Shown: positions 1 to 12,911, numbered from the stretch's first letter. The stretch is 64,000 nt of DNA from Amoebidium appalachense (GCA_963693365.1 CAVNZM010000014.1:6448001-6512000), one strand, 5' to 3'. The notes: generated by a model not told the origin, from the sequence alone. Numbers and translations: made by a program.

Positions 1-129
1 CCCCCCCCCCCCCCCCCCCCCCAACACACACACACACACACACACCAAACAACCACTAACATCAACACCCCCTCCCCACCTTGTCCATTTATTCAATTTT
101 TTCTAAGTAACTAATCAATCACCTTGCAG

Positions 130-198
130 GCGAGAATCATTGGGTGGTCGAAGCCCCAATCAGACGACAGCAACAAAGCCGGTAGCAAGTCGGAATAA
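130..198 (+). CDS. Possible terminal exon of a gene entering from the left edge
   Basis: CTAAT branch-like motif at 111 and ttgcag acceptor at 124-129, then ARIIGWSKPQSDDSNKAGSKSE-TAA. Frame is uncertain and no family recognised. Confidence 0.35.
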   Translation, partial: ARIIGWSKPQSDDSNKAGSKSE

Positions 199-896
199 GG
201 TTTTGGTTTAAAAAATGTTTCTTTAATAACAGTATCTGATTGGTTGTCAAGCCTTTAAAGAGATTCCTCTTGCATGAATGGTTGAGCAAAGGTGTAAGTT
301 AAAGCGATTCATGAATAGCATGTTTATATGCCACGGTGTGTTTGTTGGGGTATGCCTGAGTACGAGTTAGAAGTTAGAGGGGTCCTCAGTTGAAAAATAT
401 CACGGGCGCATACAAACATTTCCCTCTCCCTCTTGCGTAATAATCTATTGCTTTTCCTCACTCGATCCCTCCCACCTACCCTCCCTCCCTCCTACCTTCC
501 CCCCCTCTCCCCGCCCTCCCCCCCCCCCCCCCCCCCCCCTCCCCCCTCCCTCCCTCCCTCCCTGCCCTCCTATCTTTCCCACACAGAACGGCCACATACA
601 TTAGGCACATACAACCCTCGCACACACACATGCCCACAAAACACACTAAAACACAATCGCAAACAGGCCCGCGCGCACACACGTGCCTCTGTGTTTCGTC
701 CCGTTGACCATTGTACAACTCCTTGTAACTGTCTTCACGTTGGGTTGTAATTGCTGAAATTTCCCTTACATTTGCAGAAACCGAGGTGCTGAATGGAAGG
801 GATTAGGCAGTTTGACACTGAGAGATGAACTGAATAAATCGGCATTCGAGTGTTCTCTGCTTAAATAACCCCGGGGCCTTTACAAACACACAAAAT

Positions 897-973
<77 letters not shown>

Positions 974-1922
974 TTTGACCATCGAAACCTCACTTCACCG
1001 ATTACCGTGTACCATTGATTACAGTGTCCACTATAACACATAGCCATACACCGGCTCGAACCAGTTCGCATATAGCTACTTGGGACGCCTAAGGCAGGGA
1101 CTAAGTCCGCTAGTGTGTATTTTTACATTCTAGACCAACGCTTAGCAAATGAACGTGTGGTGATGCACTCCTTAGGTCACCGTTCATTTTGGTGTAACTA
1201 ACGTTGGCAGAGCACCCTTGTAAGCTCACTGGTTCTATTCACACTGCCTGTACACGGTTTTATACATTTACCTAGCTATAAATACATGGTATACAAGCCC
1301 GAGTATTATTAAATTATCACTCCGTGTCATCTACTTCCCCATCTACGACATACACACACACATACACCAACACACACACATGCACGGACCCACTGCGCGT
1401 ACATGCACGCGCACCTACACACACACATATACACACACGCATGCACGCAGCGCAGACACACCCACATGCTTGCCCACACGCACGCACACACACACACATA
1501 CACCATACACATACACATACATGTGCAAGAAACCACGCACACGCGTGTGTGTGCGCGCACACACACAAACACCACACACACATGTGCATGGACCCCACTG
1601 CACGTAAATGCACCCGCACCTGCACACGCACGCGGGCGCACACATACACATGCTCGGCCAGGCGTGCACACACACAACACACACACATGTGTACGGACGG
1701 ACGCGCATGCGCGTGCGCAAAAACACACACACACGAAAAAAGAAAGAAAGAAAGAAAGAAAGAAAGAAGAAAAGAAAGCTTACAAGCAAACTCACTCACA
1801 CATGCACATTGCACAGGCACACAAATTGTGTCTAAGCGTTTTTTTTTTTTTTTTTTTTTTTTTTGGGGGGGGGGGGGGGGGGGTTGGGTGGGATATATGC
1901 GCGCGCCCACAGCCCACACACT

Positions 1923-1996
<74 letters not shown>

Positions 1997-2052
1997 CCTA
2001 CACACGCACACACACCACGCACACACACACGTGTTCGCGTGAGCACACACAT

Positions 2053-2109
<57 letters not shown>

Positions 2110-2529
2110 CCGTGTGCGCGAGCACACACACACACCACACACGCACACACACACACAGCCGCATCTTAATTCGCCTAATCATAATGCAGTCCAGGCAATA
2201 TTGGAAAGCTTTGGAAAAACTCTGAATAAACACTGTGCCGCAAAACATCACAACTACAGGCCGGGAAAAAAGATTCCTTGTTACAAATGATGTGCACTTG
2301 TACCTGATTGATTGATTACAATAGTACGGTGATAAAACAATAAAACCAATTGCGAGTATGGTACATTGGGGACCTTTGTGTGTGTGCCCGTACCTTGAAA
2401 GAGAGGGAGAGAGGGAGAGAGTGTGTGTGTGTGAGAGGAAGAGAGAAAGAGTGTTTGTGAGTGAGAGAGATAGACAGGAGGAGAGGGGGGGGGGGGGGGG
2501 GAGGGATAGAGATAGAGATAGAGAGTCTC

Positions 2530-2630
<101 letters not shown>

Positions 2631-2897
2631 GTGTGCCAGAGAACGAGTATGTGTGTGTGCGGGCGCACGTGTGTCATTGGTATGCATTTGTGTGTGTGCA
2701 TGTGTGTGCATGTGTTTATGCGCAAATTTTTGTGTACGTGTGTGTGTACACGTGTGTGTGTGTGGGGGGGGGGGTTCCTCTCCCTGCATGACTTGCCCTT
2801 TGCCGGTTCCTGATATAAACTATATCACCCATGGGTGATTGGGAATTTCAAATTCTCTCCTGGTGGTCCCGCTTCTTTTGTTCAATGCGCCTACTGC

Positions 2898-2928
<31 letters not shown>

Positions 2929-5795
2929 AAAAAAAATAAAAATACAACCCCCCAACCCCAACCCCAACCCCCCGCTCCCCCCAACCCCTCGTACACCGTC
3001 TGGTGTTGCATGCCATTATCATTTTTTTTTTTTTAGCACTTTAAGCCCAAGCCCCCCCCCCCCCCCCCCCCCCCCCTCCCCCCCCCCCCCCCCCCCCCCC
3101 CCCTCCCCCCTCCCTCCCTCCCTCCCTCCCTCCTGTTTTTCCCGCTTCCATGGCAGGGCCTTTCATAAGTTTCTGTTTCTTTTTACATTTTGTCCCTCAC
3201 TTTGCCGTCCATAGCCCCTACGTCCGCTCCGTTCTGTGTGTCCTTTCACCCATTGTCTTCTCCATTCCTTCTACCACTGGCCTTTTATCCCCCCCCCCCC
3301 CCCCCCCCCTCCCCCCCCCCCCTTTTCCCCCCTTCCCGAGCATAGTGACAATCCGGCCGGACTCGGCGATCTGGTTGGTGGGAATTCTTAATCACTAACG
3401 TCGGCTTTATTTCTAATTTCTAATCACATATCAGCAGTTTGAAATGGCACAAGAATTCCTGGGCATTTTCATTGGTGGGACATTTTGGACCTTTGTTTTG
3501 ATTGGTGGGTCATTCAACGACGAGATTGGTGGCACCCATGGTCGGAGGCCGGGATTCAGGAAAAACTAACCATATATGGTTACCTACCTTCCAAAAATGG
3601 GTCGTTTTGGGGCTCTGAATTCTGATTGTATACAGCCTTCCACTATGCTCCCTTCCCGTTGCCTTATCCCTTCATTTTCTCCCTCCCTGTTTTCTTTAGT
3701 GGGGGCCCCTGATCTGTGTCCCCCCCTCCCCCCCCCCCTCCCCCCCCCCCCCCCCGCATGGGGCCCCTCTGCCCCTCTGCCCCATCCTCCCCATCAATCG
3801 CCTTTCCTGTCTCTTTCCCTCGGCCTCTTCCTGTTACCCCCCTCCACCCCCCCCCCCCCCCCCCCCCCCTTAGTCCCTCTTATTTATTATCAAAAACATA
3901 CAGGTCTGCTTTAAGTGCCTGGTGAATCCCCCCTTCCGTCCCCCTCCCAAAAACAAAAATTTAAATAAAAATTCAGTCATCGAGCCACCTGTTTTCTGAC
4001 CCTTTGTTGACAATTTGCCTATTGTGATTTGGCCTTAGTTGATTCCCCCCTCCCCCCCCCCCCCCCCTCCCCCCCCCTCCCCCCTCCCTCTACACCCCCA
4101 AGCCAACCACCCCACCACCACCCAACACCACACATCTTCACACACGTTCATGTCCGCACACATGCACACACACAAGCACACGTGCACACGGACTCACAGA
4201 CACACAGAGAGAGACGCACACACACACACCCAGGCGCACACAAGCACACACTGGCATGCGGCAAATGATAGCACAAGCACACACACACATACAAAACACA
4301 CACGCGCGCGTGCCCGCGCGCGCGACACACGTACACAAATAGTGAGAGAGAAGAAGGGGAAGGGAGGGACGGAGGGAGGGACGGAGGGAGGGAGGGAGGG
4401 GGGGGGAGGTAGGGAGGGAAGGAGAGAGGGAGGGAGGGAGGGAGGGAGGGAGGGGGGGGGGGGGGGGGAGAGGGAGGGGGGGGGGGGGAAGGGAGGGAGA
4501 GGGGGAGGGAGGGAGGGAGGAAAGGAGGGAGGGAGAGAGGAGGGGGGAGGAGGGGTAAGGGAGGGAGAGAGAGAAAGAGAGAGAAAGGAATACATGTAAG
4601 TGCGCACGTACAATGCTGCTAGGAGTCCGACTACCCACCCACGTGGCTTTGATGGAGCAATCTAGCCATGCCCCAAGCTTCTCATTTTGTACCCTGCCAT
4701 CGATGCTAAATACATGTTAACGCGTCTTACATTATTACTAGCGGCCCTGGGTGGGGTTTTTCATGGTGTGTGTATTTGCCAGTCAATGCATTATGGAACA
4801 TCCCCCCCCCCCCCCCCCCCCCACCTCCCCCCCTTACTACGGCTAGCACTAGGCCTCTTGACTCGGCCTTCTCCCCCGGGGCCCTCCCCATCGAAACCCC
4901 CCTCCCCCCCCTCCGTCCCCCCAATCCTCCGCCCCCCTCCGCGCCTTCCACCCACCCCGGGCCCCCAAATTCTCCCCCCACGTGCACCTCAGGCCCCTCC
5001 CCCTCCCCACCCAACCACCCAAGATCGACTCTCCCTTCGGCCTTATCATTTTCCGCACTGTCGAACCCCCCCCCCTCCCCCCCCCCCCCCCCCCCCCCCA
5101 AATCGGTATCCCACCCCACCCGGCCCACCGCACCCGCCGGGCTGGGCCAGGCTGGGCCAGCCCCCTCGAATGCCATTCTTCTGGATCACGCTTGCCAAGC
5201 TTGGTTGAATAATTTTTGGGCATCGGGAATTCGAACCGCCCCGCCGTGACGTCGACATGTACATACATGTACGTATACCCGTTGAACTCGAACGAGGGTA
5301 CGTACCAGGTCACCACTCCACGGCCTAGTTAGTGCCGCGCGTATTTATGTTACAGTATGCCGCCAAGGCACTGCCTGGAACTTATCGACCGGGCCAGCTT
5401 GGCAGTAAATGGTGAAATATATTGATATCAAATATAAACTTATTGCAGCTTCTAATGTAAACGGAGAAGGCCTACACGGAAACACGTCGGACTTGAAACA
5501 TCCGGAAGTGAAGCAAAGAATCATATGCATTGTGCCCGGAGCCAATCAGCATGTAGCAATTGCCAATATATACCCAACGGGTGACACCCCGGACTGGGCG
5601 ACGAGCTATCACAAGCATACGGTTGTTAAATATCTGGTAGAGATATCGATTCGTAGAGAAAAAGAAGAGTAAACGTTCTATAATACATGCATATCTTTTT
5701 ATTGGCCTTCTTTGCCGTTATTTTGTGCATTTGTATCGAGTTTTTCAAGAAGAGTTGCAAAGGTTGTGCCGAAATTGCAATGCTTCGTCATTGCG

Positions 5796-5926
5796 CCAAT
5801 CAGATACACCGGTGCCTCCTCCACCAATCATAAATTTCTGTGACACAATTTGAAAAATTGGAAGCTACGATCTGATTGGCACAACCACCTGGCATAACTT
5901 GCACAATTGTTGCCGCGGGTATAAAA
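5796..5926 (+). promoter_or_regulatory. CCAAT boxes plus TATA box upstream of the secreted-protein gene
   Basis: CCAAT at 5796 and 5824, ATTGG at 5875, TATAAAA at 5920-5926, about 225 nt before the ATG at 6149. Confidence 0.6.
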
Positions 5927-6148
5927 CGGCTCAAACAGCCGACTCACCCACCACACACACTGAGACGGTCAAAGCAAGCCAGCTATTGTAGTTGTGTGTT
6001 CCAGTTTTTATCGAACAACTATCATAAACAAGGAACACAACTTACACACACGCTCTTTCCTGCTAATCGTCCCCTTTTAGAAAGCAAGCAGCTTCACACA
6101 ATAAACCACTTCACCACCAACTATACCCGACACACACGCACAGTCAAT

Positions 6149-7126
6149 ATGCATCACGTTGTTGCCTGCACCCTTGCCGCTTTGGCCATCACCACCAGCC
6201 AGGCCGATGCTTTTGGCACCGGCTGGTTTGGGGCCAACCGCATGGCAACCAGCGGCGTTGCCAGAGGAGGTTGGACGCCCTCCAGCTGGGGATGGGGTGG
6301 CAAGGCGGCCGGCAGCGGGCTGTGGGGGTCGTGCCCGCAGGGCCAGTGGCAGTGGCGCACGGGCTGCCGGGCCATCCCCGAGTGTGCGCCCGGGCAGGCA
6401 TGGAAGGGCTGGGTGTCCGGCTGCTGCAAGAACGACTGCCCGGCCGGCCAGACGTGGGACCCGCGCACCGGCAGCTGCTGCGCCGTGCCCTCGTGCCCGG
6501 CCGGCCAGGCCTGGAAGGGCTGGGCCCGTGGCTGCTGTGCCGACAACAACACAAGCGGAGGCAATGTCGTTCTACTCAACCGGCCTGTCCCTGCACCTGC
6601 ACCAGCTGCACCTGCCCAGGACGGCGAAGATATCAGTGGCGAGGACATCGACCTGAGCAACGACGACACCCCCTCAGCCGTCGCAACCCCTCCTGCCCCT
6701 GCCCCCGCACCCATCCAGCCCTACTCGGCGCCTGCTCAAAATAGCGAAGAGGTTGGAGAGTTTGTTGATGATGCAGAGGGTCTTGCTGAGGATGCGCCTG
6801 CAAACGACGCTGAGCTTAAACAGGACCAGGAGATCATCGTCGACGATAGCAACAACATCCAGGGGAGTGATGTTACCCCTATGATCCCCAACCAACAACA
6901 GCAGCCATCCATGCCCATTGTTGGCAATGACCCTATTTCTTGGGGCCCAGGCAACCAGCCCCAGGTTGTGGCTCAACCGCAACAGCCAGCACCTGTTGCT
7001 AATGCTCCCCAGGCGCAGCCTACGATTGAGGATACTCCCGTGGAGGGGGATTTGTCTATGGACGGGCAGGGTGAGTTGGCTGTCGATGGTCAGGGTGAGG
7101 ATTACCCGGGTGAGGGTTCGCAGTAA
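6149..7126 (+). CDS. Intronless secreted protein (325 aa) with Trp/Cys-rich CPxGQxW repeats and an acidic Pro/Ala/Gln-rich tail
   Basis: ATG 6149 gives signal-peptide-like MHHVVACTLAALAITTSQADA; four C[P/A]xGQxW units, three ending in CC; GC-rich coding-like codon usage; TAA at 7124-7126. Confidence 0.85.
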   Translation: MHHVVACTLAALAITTSQADAFGTGWFGANRMATSGVARGGWTPSSWGWGGKAAGSGLWGSCPQGQWQWRTGCRAIPECAPGQAWKGWVSGCCKNDCPAGQTWDPRTGSCCAVPSCPAGQAWKGWARGCCADNNTSGGNVVLLNRPVPAPAPAAPAQDGEDISGEDIDLSNDDTPSAVATPPAPAPAPIQPYSAPAQNSEEVGEFVDDAEGLAEDAPANDAELKQDQEIIVDDSNNIQGSDVTPMIPNQQQQPSMPIVGNDPISWGPGNQPQVVAQPQQPAPVANAPQAQPTIEDTPVEGDLSMDGQGELAVDGQGEDYPGEGSQ

Positions 7127-7164
7127 ACCATTCTTTTTTTTGGTACGTCTCTCTCTGAATTGGG

Positions 7165-7245
7165 GCTCGTTTTTATTGATAAATATGAAGGCATCTTTTT
7201 CTACATCATCTATCGTTTTGTTGATGATTTAAAAATACCGCAGTT
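7165..7245 (+). repeat. 81-bp segment duplicated exactly at 11497-11577
   Basis: gctcgtttttattgataaatatgaaggcatc...aaaaataccgcagtt is identical at both sites and in the same orientation. Confidence 0.95.
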
Positions 7246-7599
7246 GTGTTTTTGAGCTGTTTGATATTTAGCATGGCGGCTTGCTGGCCAAGCCTAGGCA
7301 CCGGCCTATCAAAAATATCTGACTTTTGAATCAAACCTGAATTTTTCAAACATCACATCCGAGGTGTATGCTCCACGGTCGATGGGTCACCTATCACGGC
7401 TGCGCAGTTGCCCCCCTACCCTCCCCTGCCGCTGTTCCCCACAAAGCACCGCAACAATCAGCTCGATGAACTCTTACTACAATGCATAAGAAACACCCAT
7501 GCTACACACATACACATCCACCTAAGGGTTTGCATGGCAGGAGTGCACACTTGCCCTGTTTCGTACTATGATAATACAATAATACTGCTACATAGTATA

Positions 7600-7656
<57 letters not shown>

Positions 7657-7943
7657 AACAGACACACACATGCACATACACGTGATCTGGTCATGCACCC
7701 CCCACACACACTAATATTAGTGCTCGCTACCAGTATTCAACTGCCCCCCCCCCCCCCCCCCCCCCCTCCCCCCTCCCGCCCCCCCGCCCTTCCCTGGCTC
7801 TCTCTCTCTGTCTGTTCTGCCCCCTCCCCTCCCCCCGTCTTTCCCTGATGCTTCTGCTGGGCGCTAAGAACACGTGCATAATGCAATTTCGAACAAAGAA
7901 CACGTGCACGTGGACATGCACACACGCGCACAAAACACGCGCG

Positions 7944-7978
<35 letters not shown>

Positions 7979-8012
7979 CTTGAACACTTTTGCCACTTAC
8001 AATAAACACGCA

Positions 8013-8092
<80 letters not shown>

Positions 8093-9007
8093 GATCATCA
8101 GTATTCTATTCAGCATGACATTGTTCCACTTGCTCTAACGCGATACCATAGTGTGCTCCGATAGGATACGAAGCTGTTGGGTAGGGGAAGGGGGGTTGAG
8201 AGAAAGTGCTCACTGACAGGATTCTCCCTCAATTTCCACCTACAGGGGATTTAGGTATTGGGTTGTATGGACACCGGAGAGGAGGAGGGGGTGGGGGGGG
8301 AGGAGGGGGGGCCCTTCGAAGATGGGTGAGTGTCCCAGGGGAGGTGGGGGGGGGGAGGAGGGGGGTAACAGACAGGATATTTTGCTCTAAGTATTTGCGC
8401 CAAGACGTTTCTTCACTCCATATGTCTGTATTCATCACTTGGCCCCCCTACGGCCTTGATTCAAGAATAAAACTAAAGACCCCCCCCCCTCCCCCCAGGA
8501 CTTCCCCCCCCCTTCCCACCCCACCCCGGCCCGCCCCTCCCCGCACATATCCTGGGAGCGAAAGATTTAGGGGGACTGTGCTTTGTGCTTGTGCTTTCAT
8601 TGGCCGCAGAAGCCATGATAAAAACTGGACTCCAAACTGAAAATGCAAGAAATTTCTCGTATTATGCCCTAGCCTTTACACTTACATCCACGTCTTAGAC
8701 TACTAGAAGGAAGAACCACCGAACCTCCCAAGACAGAATCAATATAAACACGAACCACCGAACCTCCCTAAATAGAATATAATAAACTTTGTGACGTTTA
8801 TCTCAGATGATACAAGACATCCTTCCAGTACCTCACTGCCTATGACCTGTGGCCATCCCTACGGTTAGCTGGCCGAGTGGGTAAAGGGAGGGGGGAGAGG
8901 GGAGGGGAGGGGAGGGGGGGGGGGGGGGGGGGGGGGGAGGCGGGCGGCCCCAAAAATGGTACTTACAGCAACTCCTCCAGATGGCAACATCGAAACATGG
9001 TGGTACC

Positions 9008-9044
<37 letters not shown>

Positions 9045-9451
9045 TTCTTCCCCTTTCGTGCAACGGGGAACCCACCTGCTGTCAGGTTTGGTGAGTTCCC
9101 AACTCTGCGGTGGGGTGGAGGGTCTCTCCCCCCCCACCCCCTCCCTCCCTCCCTCCCTCCCTTCCCCCCCCACCCTCCCTCCCCCCTCTCCCCCCTCCTT
9201 CCCCCACCCCCGCCCCCGTCACCCCACTTCCCCCCAGTTCGTTTTTCTCTTTTTTCCCCACCCAACAACTTCCTATTAATTCCGATCACTGACAGCGCTG
9301 CAAATATTGATGGAGGCAAGATCACAGAATCGCCCTCACTATCTCAGTGAGAGTGTGTGTGTGTGTGAGTGTGTGTGAGTGTGTGGGTGTGGGTGTGTGT
9401 GTGACTATATGGGAGCATGTTTGCGCGCGCGTGTGTTTGTATGATATCATG

Positions 9452-9517
<66 letters not shown>

Positions 9518-10365
9518 AATGACATGTGTGGGTGCATGTGTGCGTGTGTGTGCGCGTGGGGGGGGGGGGAGGGGGGAGGAGGGAGGGGGGAGGTGGTGGT
9601 GGTTGGGGGGGGGGGTGGGGGAGGGTTGGCCACTGCATGTCGGCATGTCTTCTGCGACATGTGTGTATGTGTGTGAGTCACGGCCAGGGAGAGGGGGGAG
9701 GAGGGAGGGGGGGGGGGAGGAAGAAAGAAAGAGAGGGAGTAGGAGAAGGGGGAGGAGGAGGGGAGCGTGATTTGGGGAGTGAGAAAGAAAACTGATAAAT
9801 TCACGTTCAAATTGTGTAGACGTGTTTGCGCCCTGAAAATTTCCAATTACTTGGCGAGCACGTCCGACAGCGTGAGTGATCGTGTTTGCTTGTGTGAACG
9901 CACGTTTTTGCCAGTGTGTGTCACAACATGTGTGAGTGGGTGCGTGCTTATGTGCGTGCGCAAGCCGGTATAGCCTGCAGTTCTCCTGATAGTATCTGTT
10001 TAGTAGTTGGAGTAGGCAAAACGCTTTGGATGCCTACACATACATGTGTGCACTTCCATGAGTAAAGATGTGAGGATATCTGATGGTGCATGGGGCTCAC
10101 GTGTATGCGTTTGTGTGGTACATGTGGTTGTAGGTGCGTGTGAACAAGTGTGTGTTTTGTGTGTGTGTGTGTGTTTGTGTGCGTGTGTGTGCGTGCGTGT
10201 GTGTGTGTGTGTGTGTGTGTGTTGTGTGTGTGTGTGTGTGTTTGTTTGTGTGTGTGTGTGTATGCGTGTGTGCGTATGAAGGTGTGGGCGCGCGCACGCG
10301 CGCGCGTGTGTGTGATGACGGGGTGTACATGTATGTATGTGTGTTAGTGTGTGCCTTTCTAACTG

Positions 10366-10403
<38 letters not shown>

Positions 10404-10437
10404 TGTGTGTGCGTGTGTGCGTGCGTGCCACGGTGTG

Positions 10438-10472
<35 letters not shown>

Positions 10473-10953
10473 GTATACGTGTGCGTGTGTGTGTGTACGC
10501 GTGTGTGTGTGTGTGTGTGTCCGCGTGTGTACGTGTGTGTGTGTGTGTGTGCGCATGTGCATGTGTGTGAGTGTGTGTGTGTGCATGTGTGTGTGCGTGT
10601 GTGTGTGTGTATACGTGTGGTACGGTATACGTGTGTGTGTGTGTGTACGCGCGCGCGCGCGCGTGTGTGTGTGTACACGCGTGTAGGCGCGCGCGCGTGT
10701 GTGTGCATATGTGCATGTGCATGTGTGTGTGTGTGTGTGTGTGTGTGGTTGGGTGGGTGTGTGTGCGCGCGCGTGCCTGTGTTTGTGGGTATATGAGTTC
10801 ACCATCATTTTCCAAAAGTGCGTGTGTGTGTGTGTCACGCGTGTGTGTACATGTGTGTGTGTGTGTGTGTGTGTGTCACGTGTGTGTCACGTGTGTGTGT
10901 ACATGAGGGGCACGAGTTGCGAAGTGAATTATCTCCGGGATGGACCCCCCAAT

Positions 10954-11863
10954 GGGAAGCAAAAGTGCGGATTCAAATATTGGAATGATTGGGGCACCCG
11001 AAATCTTGCACCAATTGAACAAGCCAATCGAAATAGCGTACGCAAGATTTGGCGCCAAAAGCAGCCAATGAGAACGATAGATGATGACGTCAGCAAGAGG
11101 TGCCAAATCGCCCGCGTCACCGGGGTCCGGCGGCACGGGTAGCCTACGTGGGAAGTTGTACGTTTTCGTTTTCGGCTGCAGTTTGAAATTTCTTTATAGT
11201 GACTTTATTGATGTGCTCATATGTTCGAAGGACACGAAAAAGAGATATCCCAGATATCTCGAGAGACGATTTTCGAGTCACTCAATTGAGAAGTAGGCTC
11301 ACTGGAATACGGACGTCGACCCAAAGGTATAAAAATACAAATTAACACTAAAGGCAGGAGTGAAAACGATAAGTTGATATCTCAGCTGCCACAACAAAAA
11401 AAACCCTCAATAAAGGTGACCTAATATTTATTGAGTCACAGAAATCATTGAGTGAAACGCGTACGTTAACATACAGAAATTTGATTAAATGCGTACGCTC
11501 GTTTTTATTGATAAATATGAAGGCATCTTTTTCTACATCATCTATCGTTTTGTTGATGATTTAAAAATACCGCAGTTTTTCGTGTCCTTCGAACATATGA
11601 ACACATCAATAAAGTCACTATAAAGAAATTTCAAACTGCAGCCGAAAACGAAAACGTACAACTTCCCACGTAGGCTACCCGTGCCGCCGGACCCCGGTGA
11701 CGCGGGCGATTTGGCACCTCTTGCTGACGTCATCATCTATCGTTCTCATTGGCTGCTTTTGGCGCCAAATCTTGCGTACGCTATTTCGATTGGCTTGTTC
11801 AATTGGTGCAAGATTTCGGGTGCCCCAATCATTCCAATATTTGAATCCGCACTTTTGCTTCCC
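10954..11863. mobile_element. Non-autonomous TIR/foldback element, PIF/Harbinger-like
   Basis: Inverted arms 10954-11241 and 11576-11863 (288 bp, one mismatch seen), 334-bp spacer, termini GGGAAG...CTTCCC, AAT on both flanks (3-bp TSD candidate); no transposase ORF. Confidence 0.8.
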
Positions 11864-12379
11864 AATTCCGGCAGGCTGCCCCGCTGTGTGCCTGTGTCGT
11901 TATGTGCGCGCAGTATGTTGCACAAAAGGCACAAAAGCTATCTAGGCTACGCATATGAGCTCCCCACATGCACTGCGTACGTGTTTTGACGCGTGTTTTT
12001 TATAATTATCAACATAATTCAGGTGCCATTGTTCACTAAGGGTCCAAATCTAGCTAGTAAACAGTGAGACACGCGGTGCACGGCAACATCGCAAGCGCCG
12101 TATTTAAACATGGTATGTCAGCCCACATGGGTAGATGGGTCGAATTTTGGCTACATGTTGCCAAATCGATAATCATACATGTACACATGCACTCACGTGT
12201 GTGCACGTGTACACATATGCACGTGTGCACAGCGTCACACACGTGCACACACACGCACACACTTGCGTGCACACGCACATGTACACACACACGCACGCAC
12301 GCACGCACGTACACACATACACACGTGTGCAAACACACGCGCCGCCACACAAGGACATACACACACCAGAAAAACCTGT

Positions 12380-12421
<42 letters not shown>

Positions 12422-12807
12422 ACACACACACAAATACACACCCACGCACACATACGACGGTGCACATGATAATTGTGAGACACACGTGCACAGTCACACA
12501 CACGGCTGATGCACACACGAATGAACAGGAAAATCACAGGCACTCACGCACACACACGTGTATTCCCACCACACTGCACAGTATCGAGCACCCACGCGTA
12601 CACACAAACTACATGCACAACACACACGCCTGCACACACACACACGTACAACACATGTCCGCGCACGTCACGCACACACGCACAAGCGTCACGCACACAC
12701 ATGTGCACACACGCGCGCGCTCACGCGCTGTGACACACACACACACACACACATACACACACACACACACACACACAACACGCACACACGCGCACAAGCA
12801 CACAAAA

Positions 12808-12844
<37 letters not shown>

Positions 12845-12847
12845 GTG

Positions 12848-12911
<64 letters not shown>

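Noticed and set aside
5876-6148. N-terminal 91-codon extension of the 416-aa ORF
   Set aside because: Starts at TTG upstream of the TATA box; the ATG at 6149 gives a clean signal peptide.
8713-8790. Roughly 39-bp tandem duplication (gaaccaccgaacctccc)
   Set aside because: Two copies only; an ordinary local duplication.
10876-11989. Duplicated ORFs (MPPDPGDAGDL..., MMTSARGAK...)
   Set aside because: By-products of the inverted arms; no transposase or other recognisable domain.
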